Of a DNA stretch of 64,000 nucleotides, positions 38,791-50,941 are shown in pieces (within the stretch, counting starts at the first letter, position 1; each line of letters begins with the position of its first letter). Source of the DNA: Patellaria atrata CBS 101060 (Eukaryota). A program made the translations under genes and the position numbers. The stretch lies in assembly GCA_010093705.1 (NCBI GenBank), contig MU006096.1, positions 1,014,004 to 1,078,003 of the forward strand, given 5' to 3'. Below the pieces are notes generated by a model. That model saw only the letters and a program-made list of their open reading frames with translations. It searched no databases and was not told the DNA's origin.

Positions 38791-41068
38791 ATGCCCGTAG
38801 AGACGGTTCTCTGTCCTGATTCCAAAGACTTAATGGTGCTGGAGACCCCCTTACTGCGTGTTAGCCGACCAGTGGCTGCATGCTCGAGATGTCGATCAGC
38901 AAAGGTCAAATGTGACGGGAAGCTGCCCGCATGTACCGCTTGTGAACGAGCAGGGAAAGCTTCAGAATGTTCAAGTACGAATGATCAATTTGCCAAAGGC
39001 AAAGAAAGAAGCTATGTAGCAACACTCGAATCTCGTGTCGAGAAACTCGAAAGAAAACTCGCCGAAGCAAGAGCTAGGAGGAAATCTTCTGTTACCATGC
39101 CAGACGCCGAATCAACAGCACCTTCAAGAAGACCATCAGCAAACCTATTGAGCGGTAAACCAGTTGATAAGCGTGCTGCACGTCGAAGAGAAGCACATGA
39201 TATCGATGATCTGGTATCGGACTTTGGTCTTCTGTGAGTATTGTTCAGCTCTCAGGGATCTTTATACTAATCGGATCGGTTAAAGAGCGGTAAACGCAAC
39301 AGCAAGAGACTTTTATGGATTCACCTCCGAAATGTCTTACGCCCGTCTTATCCTGTCTGCATGTTCAAAGGAACCTTTACCCACTGGTATGACTAAAGTA
39401 TTACCGCCGAGATATGCGGCCACACCCTTGATTCAGCATTACCTTAATACTGCTTTTGCAATACTACCCTTCTTCGAGGAATCAAGTTTCTATGCATCCG
39501 TTGATGCTGTATACAGCTCAGACCCAAGCAAAGCGTCACCATTTGACCATTGGTGCGTGCGTATGGTGTTGGCCATAGCGACTCTCGCTCTTTCCGAACA
39601 GCGAGGGGACACGCACTATTGCGATGCTGTGGGGCACCTCAATGCAGCATTGGAACACTCTGAGGCTGTTCTGCATCCTGGATTCATATCTGGAATTCAA
39701 GCTACATTGTTACTGGTCGAATATGCCCTATTGGATCCTCATCATTTTGATAGTTGGAGCCTGATCGGTGCCGCGTCTAGAGCTATGGTGGATCTAGGTA
39801 TGCATCAAGATCCGTCAAGGAGCTCATCGATAACGAAGTCAAAACTTGAACTACGCCGCCGAGTATATTGGTGCGTCTATGCTTTGGATAGATCAACATC
39901 CCTAGTTCAGACTCGAGCATTTTCATTTTCAGACGACTCCGCTAATGTTGGCATACCATTCTCGTCCAAGTCAACGTCTGTTTCCAAAGGTGAACCTAAG
40001 GGATCTCAAGCATGGCTACAATCTTTCGATTCCGCGGTAGACCTCTTTCACCTGCGGCAATTACAGTCTGAATGGTATACAACACTCTTCCAGACCGGAA
40101 GAACCCCTTGGCAGGACCCCTATCCTTATATCTGGCGTACATATGAGAATATGACCGCGTGGTCCGATAAGGCCTCTCCCCGTACCTCTAAGGGAATACG
40201 TACCATGTTTGAGCTCGAACTTTTGTACAGTTACGTGTATATTCTGTCTCCAAGCCCGCGTTGTCCAGTTATTTCGAAATACGCACAACGGCTCATCTTC
40301 GAGCATTGCATCTCCTACGCATCCAAGATGTTCAAACTGACCACCGAAGCCCGAGGGCAACAATCTCCCGTTACCTTCTACGACGCTATGAGGGCCTACA
40401 TGACCGGGCGCCAATTCGTCGATGTGGTCGCCCGCAACCAAGACACCCTCCTCAGCGGCCTCCCACCCACACCGCCTGCAACTTCTCCAGCTGCAGTCAG
40501 CGTCACCGACCCGATGGATCCTATGGCTCCCGCTTCCACCGTCCTGCCACCTCCGCTCCCATCATCAGCATCAGGAGCAGGCGATCCAACCGTCCGTGCC
40601 ATCACCGCAATCAACAACTTCACCACCATCCTGTCTAGATTCGGCATCCGCTTCGGCTACATCAACTGGCGCGACCGCTTCCAACAAGAATCCGCGGCCC
40701 TGCTCGCGCAGCTACATCATCGCAAACAAGCGACCATATCATCGCCGGAGTACGCGCTCTGGAACCCGCCCACCAACGTTTCCCCGATGCAGGGCCCCAT
40801 CTCCCAGGCCCCTGTGACGGGCACGTACGACCAGTTTGCGAACCCGGCCATGGAGCAGGGATTTGCGGGGAGGAATACAGGATTTGGACAGCAGATGAAT
40901 CAGGGGTTGCAGGGGGGTTGGGTCGGGTCGGCGGCGCAGGGTCAGCAGTTCCCGTTCTCGATGAGCATGCCGCCGCCTAATCCGGTTATTAACGGTAGGA
41001 GTGAGATGGGGTATGTGACAGCGTGGGAAACTTTGCCGGGTGGGAGTTTGAATGCGAGGTTTTCGTAG
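38791..41068 (+). CDS. Zn(II)2Cys6 transcription factor with fungal-specific TF domain (2 exons)
   Basis: ACSRCRSAKVKCDGKLPACTACERAGKASEC, YVATLESRVEKLE, DLGMHQD, ELRRRVYWCVYALDR. Intron at about 39234-39285. The start could be 38791 or 38833. Confidence 0.92.
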
Positions 41069-42013
41069 GTGACGGACACGTTCTTCATTATGTGGTTTTT
41101 CCAATTTTTTCAATTTTTTTTTTTTTGGTCTTGGGTTCGGCGTTTTGGTGGACTTGTTAGGGGTGAGATGGCGCTGTGCGGTATTTATGGTTTTAGTACG
41201 GCTAGTTGATGCGGTTTGTATGACTAGTGGATAAATGGGACTCGGATGACCTCTAGGTAGTGATTGTGGGTGGTTTTGCGGTGTACTTATGTTGGTTATT
41301 GTCACAAAAAGGTTTCATGATCATATTGTCTAGGGAAATACCGTCATATAATGACTAATGGTGTGCTTATTACCAGCCTCGGAAGGTCCCGTCGTCAGAT
41401 CTTAATAGAAGATGGTCCTATTTAGAGTTTATGGAAGCTTTTCATTATTAGATTATGTTTGTCCGATATGGAAAGGTGCCTTGGAGTAGTACGCAGCACC
41501 GAGACATGGGATCGAAATATATACTGAAGACGGGACGGTCCAACTTGGCTATTGGAAATGAAGGTAGTTGGGGGATTTGTATTAGACATGAGCCACTGAA
41601 ACGATATGATTTTCAGTTTTCGTGTATCTCCTGATCGATCCTCTAGACATCAAGAAGTCGAATCCAGGCCAGAGACGAGATAACGAAGATCCCACGAGTC
41701 CGACTCTCAGCAAAAGCACATCCAGACAGTATAACCGCAATCCAACCCCCCCCCCCCCCCAAAAAAATAAAAAATAAAAATAAAATAAAAACCCCAAATG
41801 AACCATTGCATCAACTAAACGAGAACGAGATACCGACAACGGAAAAGATGCCACCACTTCTATGCCGGTTCAGTCTAGGGAGTAAGTACCTTAGTTCCAG
41901 CCATGTTGTATGTACAATCACTTCCCCCCTCCCCTTTGTCACCCATTCTTCTAACCCATTTTCCCCCAACTCAACCATAACCTGCCCTCACCCACCTCGT
42001 ACAAACCCCCGAC

Positions 42014-42547
42014 TCACTTCGCACCAGCCCCCTTCCCCGCATCCACATCCGGCAAAATCCCCTCCGCCTCCAACCGTCTACGTGCTTCCTCGAGGGCCCA
42101 GTGTTGAATACTAAAAAAAACTCAAAATCAGCACATGTCACATCTGACCTAATTCAAGTCCCCCAAATCCCCTTTGCCCCTTCACCCATTCCCCATCCCC
42201 CCAAGCCTATCCAACTCCCCTCACCCAACCCAACCCATCTAACCCCCAAAAATATAAACCCAAATATCAAATCCCACATACCTCGTATCAGGCTTATAAG
42301 CCCACCCCACAGCGCCGATAACCAAACTCCCCCAAAACCCCCAAAACCAAACCCCCTCCCATCCCTCCTTCTCCGGTTTCGTCCCCGGCGGTACGCCCCA
42401 GAGCCAGCCGGTCGGCGGGTCGTAGTGGTTCCCGTGAGCGTCGCCGGAGCGCTGGGGGGTTGTATGCGAGAATGGGCGTCGCCGGGTTTGTGGCTGCGGG
42501 TGCAGGAGGCGCGTTGTTGAGGTGGACGAGGCGCGGGGGAGGCGCAT
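42014..42547 (-). CDS. NDUFB11: Complex I ESSS subunit (NDUFB11 family, 2 exons)
   Basis: HYDPPTGWLWGVPPG...KEGWE...WGFWGSLVIGAVGWAYKPDTS|IQHWALEEARRRLEAEGIL...AK*, with an Arg/Ser-rich presequence. Confidence 0.92.
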
Positions 42548-42711
42548 GGTTGTTTTTTGTTTTTGTGGTGATGGCGGATGTGATTTTCTGTGTTGTTGTT
42601 TGAGGGAGTGGAGAAAGGTGGGATATAGGGTCGAGGTGGGTTAGGTTGTGTGCATTGAGAGAGGTGCGGTTAAGGTGAGGTTGGCTTGTTTTCGGGGACC
42701 GGAAAAGGCGG

Positions 42712-42724
42712 GTCACGTGATTGG
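42712..42724. promoter_or_regulatory. Overlapping GTCACGTGA E-box (Cbf1/bHLH-type) and CCAAT box upstream of NDUFB11
   Basis: gtcacgtgattgg about 165 bp upstream of the ATG; a related gtcacgt lies near 42804. Confidence 0.45.
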
Positions 42725-43199
42725 GTGGAGGCTTTGGAGCGGTGGGCGGTGAGGACGGAAAGGCCTTGGGGGTTCGGAAGGTTTAGGTGAGGGATCAATC
42801 AGGAGTCACGTCTGCTTTATCTTCAAGTGAAAGGACGGATGAGATGTTTTTAGATGGTTAATGTATTCGATTAAAAATTTCCTTCGAGATCCACGTTTTT
42901 TCGTTCACTGTCCGCTCGGCCCTGTCCATTCGACAAAAACATCAATCGACATCTGATACCTTGAACTCAATCCCTCATCAACAATCATGCTGCTCTAGCT
43001 AAAACTATCCCATCAATCATTACTGCACTCGCAAAGCAGCTCAATCGTATAAATATTGCAAAAAGTGGGAATAAGAGAGGGATCCTCCATATAACGCCAA
43101 AGGCCCGCTCCAGCGGCCTAAATGCACGCTTGAATAAAGAAAATACCGTGACGCCGCTTTTTGTACAGTACCGTGCTAGTTGTAAACATGAACGAGGAA

Positions 43200-44362
43200 C
43201 TATCTTCGCGATGATGAGTGGCGCGTGTTGCGCGTCCTGCGGTCTGAAGAACTTGCACTGCCTACATAGTCGTTAGGATTTCTGCGGATTTGGAGGGATG
43301 ATGGTGTTACTCACTGGTACTTGAATAGCTGCTGTAGCTGCTACCTGTGTAGCTAGTCTTCTCATCATGCTTTCGATCATGTCTTCTCTTGAGACCAAGA
43401 ATTGCGGCCAACCCTGCCAACCCTGCCAAAACACCTCCGAGTCCTCCAAACTTTCCTAATCCACCTTCTTGTTTGACGGGTCTAGCAGGTCTATTGTTCC
43501 CATACCATCGCCCACCACCAACCACTCCGCCGGAATGGTGATGATGCTCTTCGATGTATTCAGTTTCCCGGCGCTCTCGCTTCTTGCCGCCAAAGATTGC
43601 GAGAATGCCATCCCAAGCGGCTTTGGCGCAACAACACAAGCAGAGAAGGATCAGGAGGATGATACCAGCGATAACACCAATGACGATACCGGCAATGGCT
43701 CCACCGCTGAGTCCACCACCTCCAGCGACCGGAACCATCGTACCGTTAGCGCCTGTTGTGATTGCAGTTTCGAAAGGAACAGTGGTGGTAGGTGAAATAG
43801 ATTGAGTGACCGTAATGAGGGTCATGGATGTAGGCCGTACTGGTGGAACGTAGGTGCTGTAATATCCGGAACTACCACCACCAGCTGCTGCGCATTGTGA
43901 GTTCAACTCGTTGAGACAGTATTGACCGCTAGAACAGCAAATACTGCCACAGGGTGACTCGTTCAATGCATAATTGCAGGTCACGCCTCCGGCTGCTTGT
44001 GTGACTTGGGGCGGGACGTAAGAGCTGTAGACGGAAGTGTAGGTTTGCACACCTAACGTTTCCACCCACGTAGTGGTGTAGTATTGCCAGTATCCGCCTT
44101 GTGCTGCGCTGACAGGACCACCTCCGCACTGTGCCTGATTGTTAGCATCAGTATAACATTGTTGCCCTGATGCGCAACAGAGTTGACCAGCCCATCCACA
44201 TGGATTCGCGCAGTCTCGCTTGAAGATTTCTAAGCTTCCGATAAGCTCTGCTGCTCGATCTTCAAGCTGTTGAGGGTACGGTTTTGCTGCTACCCATTGT
44301 ACGGATGTGAGGAAAAGTGCGGAGAAGGACAAGAGCGAGAACGGAGCTCTGAAAGACGGCAT
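43200..44362 (-). CDS. Single-pass membrane protein with signal peptide, two Cys-rich extracellular modules and a Ser/Thr-rich stalk (Mid2-like topology, 2 exons)
   Basis: MPSFRAPFSLLSFSALFLTSVQWVAA signal; CANPCGWAGQLCCASGQQC and CGSICCSSGQYC; LSGGAIAGIVIGVIAGIILLILLCLCCC transmembrane segment. Short last exon ASSSDRRTRNTRHSSSRR*. Confidence 0.85.
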
Positions 44363-45825
44363 AGTGGGCAACGAGCCCGAAATTGCCGTGGAAATGCGTC
44401 AATCGATCGAGGTCGAGCTGTTGGAAGCTCTGATAAGGTTGGAATGTAGATGGTGGGGTAGAAGTTCGGGTTGGAAGTTGGTCGGTTGACTATGGATTGC
44501 TCCTACTCTTTTTCGACTGAAGCACCTACTTCTAGCAGAAGTCGAGATATGCGAAAATGTCAGTTTCAACGAACGAATGCAGGTGCGAGTGTGTGTGCAG
44601 GAGAATTGGAGAGGAAAGAATTGGGGGAGTGAAGAGGTTGGAGGTTGGATAGTTATCGCAGCTAAAATGCTCTTCCTGCCACTTTTCCCAGGCTTTCCAG
44701 CCACCCTTTCGGCAAGTACAACTCCGCCAAGGCGTGAGACACTTAACGGTTGATTATAATCGAATGGCTGGGCGAATACGGGAGGATAATTGCGACAACG
44801 TGTTCGAGTAAACTATTTACTTGCGACAATTCTTGAAATTCACGAGTGAATGTTGAGGAAAATTGTCATGATGCCGTCTGCCAGAGGGCTGAGACGATGA
44901 GCGCTGGCCCAAGCTCTGCCTCCATAGCAACAACCGCCAAAATAGCAACCTTATCGATAGGCCTCACATTATCAAAATCTTATCATCTTCAAATGAAACT
45001 ATTGTTTTCCAACAGTAAGCAAGGTCCAAATTGCGATTGTACAGTACTGTATCATAATGCTACATAGTACTCGACACTACCGTCGAAAAGATTACCTTGT
45101 CTTATGGCGTTGAGGGTTAATCCAACTTCCCCCTACCGACCATTCATTCCTAAAGTACAAACTCCAGATTTACCAGAATGAGGATCAGAATAATAGATCT
45201 TATTACGAACGACTCTTCATTGGAACTTTTTGTGCCTTAGGTATCTTCACTGATAGAAACTCATGTTTCGCGATAGTAATATCCACTAATTCAATCATGA
45301 CTTGATATTCCAATACTCTTTCTAACAGAAAAATAAAATAGAAAAGTAGCGATGTGTTTACTTATTTCCTATATCAACACATACTATTTTTCTTTATTGA
45401 TCTTTACCTGTTGTCCTACATCTTTAATTTTAATCCCGTATTTCTTTTTGGTAGTATATCAGTCTTCCCTTTAGCTGTGCAAGCAGAAAAACGATAGAGC
45501 TCCTTGCTCATGTCTACCTCCAGCATAACAAGTAGATACGAGGTCATGAGGTACTGTTTTGATGGTAGTGGTAAGTTATTTTCGCAATGGAGGGTCGGAA
45601 ACTTTCCGCCTGCCTCTTACTCCGCATTGCTTTCTCCGCAGTTTCTTCGCCCCAGCTAATACAATTTTGGAAGCTTCTACAGCTTATGGGATCTGACAAT
45701 GGTCTCAATCTGCGCATTATGATGAAGGACAACATACACGTGTTTCTAATTGACGGTTGGATTCCGTTATCTTGTTTTCTTTATCAGTACAGTTCTCGTC
45801 CTTACGCTTGTAAACTAGTATCCAA

Positions 45826-47483
45826 ATGTTGTCCTCAACTTTTGAAATCGTAGAGTACTATACTTTCCAAGATTTAGTACGAAATGCTATCTTCCTCTTA
45901 TTCGCACTCTTTGGGACCTATATTGTTATTAATGAAGTGTTGAGATATTCAGCCAGAATACCTGACTTTAAAGGACCGCCAGGGTGGCCAGTCATTGGGA
46001 ACTTGGCAGATATTCGAGTGAATGCTGCCGAAAAATATAGGCAGTGGACGAGAACCTATGGAGATGTGTACCAAATACAGCTGGGGAATGTACCAATTCT
46101 AGTTGTGAATAGTGCGGCTGCTGCGAAAGTCTTATTAGGCCAAAATTCAACAGCATGGAGTTCAAGACCTGCTTTCTATACGTTCCATAAAGTATAACTG
46201 GGTTTTCCTCTCGGCTGATGGGAATCTGCTGACTATGATAGGTACTCTCTAATACCGCTGGGACAACTATCGGAACGTCTCCTTTTAGTGAATCGCTGAA
46301 GCGTCGCCGAAAAGGGGCAGCATCTGCCTTAAACAAACCATCCATTGCAACGTATATAGATTATCTCGACGAAGAAACTCGAGACTTTGTCCGAGAAGGA
46401 TTCGAATGCGGTAAAAGTGGTACGGTTGGGGTCGACCCTATGCCGATGATCCAACGATTGAGTCTGAGTCTTGCTCTAACTCTGAATTGGGGGACACGGA
46501 TGGGAGACCGTTATGATCCATTATTTCATGAGATCACGGAGGTAGAAGACGAAATCAGTCGATTTCGAAGCACTACTGGCAATCTTCAAGACTATATCTC
46601 ACTGCTACGACTTAATCCACTTAGCGTCGGATCCAGAAGAGCAAGGCAAATGCGGGACCGTCGAGACGTATATCTATCTCGACTCAATAGAGATCTCGAT
46701 GATAGAATGGAGAAAGGTATACATAAGCCTTGTATTCAAGCTAACGTGATTTTGGACAAGGAAGCCTCCCTGAACAAGGAAGAGTTGACCTCTATCAGCC
46801 TGACCATGCTGTCAGGAGGTCTAGATACGGTTACGACATTGACCCAGTGGAGTGTTGCACTCCTAGCTCAACGTCCCGACATCCAAAGAAATGCGATGGA
46901 AGCTATCCGAGAGTTCTACTCGGACGAGGAACCGCTTTGCGACCCTCAGGATGACCAGAAATGCGGATATATTGTGGCATTAGTCAGGGAGTGTTTGCGA
47001 TATTTCAGCGTTCTACGACTAAATCTTCCTCGCACGTCTGTTAAAGATGTGATATACGAGGAAAAACTAGTTCCCGCAGGATCAACAATCTTCCTTAACG
47101 CATGGGCGTGTAACAGAGGTTGGTGCCATCTTCTTATATCTAACCGTAAGCTAATATCGGAAGTAGATCCCAAGATTTGGAGTGATCCAGACGTTTTCCG
47201 TCCGGAGAGATGGATCGAGCAACCAGAAGCCCCTTTATTCTCCTACGGTATCGGCTATCGCATGTGCGTTGGCATGATGCTTGCCAATCGCGAACTGTAT
47301 CTGCTTTTTATTCGCATGTTGAACAGTTTTGAAATCATTCAGTATTCAGATGTTGATATTGATCCACTCCTTGGGAGTGCGGATCCAACGAGCCTCGTCA
47401 CGATGTGTAAGGAGTACAAGGTGATATTTAAGCCCAGGAATGCAGACGCGTTGAGAAGGGATTTGGACGCGACACTGAGATAG
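45826..47483 (+). CDS. phacB: Cytochrome P450, CYP504 family (3-hydroxyphenylacetate 6-hydroxylase, PhacB-like)
   Basis: GPPGWPVIGNL, SSRPAFYTFHK|VLSNTAGTTIGTSPFSESLKRRRKGAASALN, MLSGGLDT (I-helix), ECLR, FRPERW, FSYGIGYRMCVG (heme Cys). Introns 46192-46241 and 47119-47166. Confidence 0.85.
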
Positions 47484-48205
47484 ACAATCGAATGGGAAAA
47501 AAAATAAGATATTAGCTTTGTTTTTAACACTCCCATTTAGAAAAAAAGGAAAGAAAAAGGCAAAACAGTTCCCACCCACTCCTATCCATTGGACGAGGGG
47601 CGTGGTACTTCTGCTTGAGGGCATTATCCCCCCTCTAAGGTTCGACCTCTGGACCGGTTGGTTTTGGCCTGATCGGTATGGTGGGGGTTTCCCACTACTA
47701 TACCACAGGTCTCTGGGATATAGAAAGAACTCACAGTTGTTTATTCATAACCTGCAATTGGAAGGAACGTGTTTAGGGGTCAATGTATAAAAAGTTGGGT
47801 GTCAAAATAACAGCTCCCTATTTATATTGTTAATACAATTAATCAATAATAACACTCAAATTTCGATGTGTTAAAAACTTTACCTCAGATTATACAGTAC
47901 AGTACCAAGTATCAAGCAATAAAGTACCGTCTATGTGAGGCCCGTGCACGACATAGCTTTAGAGTGGCTTACCGTGTCACTGATTAAACCTTCTTCAAAA
48001 GCTCACTCCCCGCCCTGACACGGACGTGTTATTGACTCTCGTACTCAAGGTATAGCGCTCGCCTTGAGGAGAAACCTTACTGCCATTATCTTCACTATCG
48101 GGATCTGGATAGGTCTTTGGACCACCGATCGAATGGACACGCGATGACCAATGTCGATATATGATAGCGGAGCGACACAGAGCTCGGGGAGGAACTGGAG
48201 CAGCA

Positions 48206-50443
48206 ATGGGGCTCCCTTCGCGCCTATTCCAGACGGATGAAGAGCTAGGAAAGCGTGACGATGATCATAAACTGAGGACTACCTTACCCTCGAGGGTATG
48301 GAGGGCAGCCCCAAGAGGTTATCGCAAGAGGAGAGTTTTCCTCGCACTCGCCGGTCTCTTCTTGGTATGGCTGTTTATACACAACATACCTACAGATCTT
48401 GGACCTGCTGCTCAGCGCCTTCGACCACTGGCAAAACCGTCACCTCCAATGTCGATTGTTGCCCCAACTGGAGCACCCCCAAGAACTTCGAAGGGTTCTG
48501 CAGAAGCTACACAGGAGCACTACTACAATGGTATTATAAAGTTTTACGAGTTGGGCGCTTCATTGAAGGCCTTTTCTCGTAGGATGGGATATTCGATGAT
48601 GAACAGGAATGTCTTATTCGCTGCATCCAGTCTCGAAAGTGCTTCTACACTTTTACCACTCGCGTGTGAGATGGCAAAAGTAGACAGAAATAACGTTCAT
48701 ATGGCGTTAATGGGTAGAGAAGATATCAAAATCGATGATTTTCTAGACATCAATAGTGTCAACTCATCGGAATGTCATGTAACCTGGCATGATGCTCGAC
48801 CGGACTATTCGTTATACAGCAGTGACGAGAGAGCTGAGGCATGTGTCGCAGCAGCCTTAGGTCATATCAACAACTATCTTCATCCTAAGGTGGCTATCAC
48901 AGATGATTCAATCAACGAAGACCAGTTTTTCGTTAGGGGGTTAAGGACGCAAGCAGCTGAGCAGGGCCCTCCCATTATCGAATTACCTCGAAGGAATAGG
49001 GATAAGCTCAACTGGATAACTAAACTTGGTGCCTGGTCTCTAAGTTCATGGCATACAGCAACTATTGATATATTAATTCAGGCTCCTGCGGAATCATCCG
49101 AAGCACTTGCACAACTTCTCCGGTCGATCAAGCATGCCGACTACACTGGGCTTAAGTATCCAAGGTTAACCATTGAACTCCCGTATGAGATCGACTCTCA
49201 TACGCAGAGATTTCTAGAGGAGTTCAAATGGCCTCCACCAATCAAACAAGCACCAATTAAAGATAACCAACTCATTCTAAGGCGCCGCTTACCCAGTCAT
49301 AAACTTTCCACAGAGGAAGCATCAACTCGATTTATCGAGTCTTTCTGGCCTTCCTCTTCTACAAATGCTCACGTCTTACTTCTATCCCCCAACGTCCAGC
49401 TATCCCCCTCATACTTCCAATACGTAATGTACAACGTACTCGAATACAAGTATTCCTCCTATATCGGTGCTCTAATGGACAAAGTAATCGGCCTCTCCCT
49501 CGACCTCCCATCAACCTACCTCAACGGCACCACATCCCTCACCCCCCCAACCGTCGCAAACATGGACGACGTAGCAGGCGCAACCTACATCAACTACGGC
49601 CCCAACTCCCCAACCCCCTTCCTCTGGCAAGCTCCCAACAGCAACGCCGTCCTATACTTCGGCGAATCCTGGATCGAGATCCACTCCTTCCTGACCTCGC
49701 GCCTCGCAAAACAACACTCCGCGACTCCACCCCCGCAGCGCCGCAAACTCGTCTCTGAAACCCTCCCCTCATGGATGGAATATCTCCTCGAACTCATGCG
49801 CGCCAGGGGCTACAGCATCATATACCCCGGCATCCGCGCCTCCAACGCGCTCGCAACCGTGCACAACGAGCTCTACCAACCACCTGAAGAATTCACCAAA
49901 CCCGCCCTGAACGACAACGACGACGGACACACACCCCCAAAACCAAACCCAGACTCAGAGAAACCCGAACCCTTCCTCACAACCCCCACTCCCCCGCCGA
50001 AACCCAATAACCCCGAGCTCCCCCTCTCCTCGCAGCCCCTGCACCTCCTCCTCCCCTTCGACGCATCGCTCCCAGACATCTCGCATCTCCCGCAACTCTC
50101 GTTCTCCGGCTCCTACCTCACCGGGCCGGAGGCGTGGGAGCTGGCGCAGCTGAACACGAAGAAGTTCCGAGAGGGAGTTGGCGGGTGCGAGGAGGGAAGG
50201 AGGCGGAAGGTTTTTAAGGGGAGTGCGGGGGATTTGTTTTGTTTTCCTGGGGATGAGGGCGGGGATGAGGAGGAGGAGGTTTTGGTGGTGGATGAGATTG
50301 GGATGGGGGAGGTGGCTGGGAGTGTGGTCAGTAGTAGTGTAACAGCGTCCAGTACGGGGGTGGGGGTGAAGGGGGAGATGACGGCTACGGATACGGTGGC
50401 CTCGGTTTCGGTTACGGTGACGGCGGCGGTGAAGCGGGTTTGA
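48206..50443 (+). CDS. Type II membrane glycosyltransferase family 2-like protein
   Basis: Long single ORF: DEELGKRDDD N-terminus, TM segment VFLALAGLFLVWLFI, WHDARPD, RFIESFWP, VLLLSPNVQLSP, PFLWQAPNSNAVLYFG. The ORF track starts at 48161; the likely ATG is 48206. Confidence 0.75.
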   Translation: MGLPSRLFQTDEELGKRDDDHKLRTTLPSRVWRAAPRGYRKRRVFLALAGLFLVWLFIHNIPTDLGPAAQRLRPLAKPSPPMSIVAPTGAPPRTSKGSAEATQEHYYNGIIKFYELGASLKAFSRRMGYSMMNRNVLFAASSLESASTLLPLACEMAKVDRNNVHMALMGREDIKIDDFLDINSVNSSECHVTWHDARPDYSLYSSDERAEACVAAALGHINNYLHPKVAITDDSINEDQFFVRGLRTQAAEQGPPIIELPRRNRDKLNWITKLGAWSLSSWHTATIDILIQAPAESSEALAQLLRSIKHADYTGLKYPRLTIELPYEIDSHTQRFLEEFKWPPPIKQAPIKDNQLILRRRLPSHKLSTEEASTRFIESFWPSSSTNAHVLLLSPNVQLSPSYFQYVMYNVLEYKYSSYIGALMDKVIGLSLDLPSTYLNGTTSLTPPTVANMDDVAGATYINYGPNSPTPFLWQAPNSNAVLYFGESWIEIHSFLTSRLAKQHSATPPPQRRKLVSETLPSWMEYLLELMRARGYSIIYPGIRASNALATVHNELYQPPEEFTKPALNDNDDGHTPPKPNPDSEKPEPFLTTPTPPPKPNNPELPLSSQPLHLLLPFDASLPDISHLPQLSFSGSYLTGPEAWELAQLNTKKFREGVGGCEEGRRRKVFKGSAGDLFCFPGDEGGDEEEEVLVVDEIGMGEVAGSVVSSSVTASSTGVGVKGEMTATDTVASVSVTVTAAVKRV

Positions 50444-50941
50444 TGAGTGTGCGTTAGAGAGCGTCATGATATATGTATGGAGTTTAGCTCGATGGACGGG
50501 AGGGTTTGATACCTCCTTTCAGTCGTCTGCCGTAAGTCTATTGGAAATGGCAGGGTGTATTTTTGGCGTCGTGGAGTTTGGTCATGTTATGAAAGCATAT
50601 GCAGTTATATGGATTATCGTATAAATATTAGGAATAGCTATGCAAATTTGCTGGCATTATCCCAGAATGGCGACTCTGATATCCACGTGTGCAAAAATTC
50701 CGTCATCTTCAGGGTTAGGTTGAGATGATGACTCTACCTAGGGTCCGACTCGTTTCAAACATGACTTTTAAGCCGTAGGGCCCTATAGCCTTTTATTTAA
50801 CAAGTCAGACCTCTACTCTGGGCCTATCATCTTGCTCTGGAAATAGCCGAATTGTTGCAGACGCGCACACCGGAGGCAATATAGAGTACAACTCTATGAG
50901 CCAACCAGATCTGTCCATACTTCTGAGAAGTAAATATAATT

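Noticed and set aside
45826..50443. P450 plus glycosyltransferase plus nearby TFs as a secondary-metabolite cluster
   Set aside because: No backbone enzyme; CYP504 is catabolic and the neighbours are conserved housekeeping-type genes.
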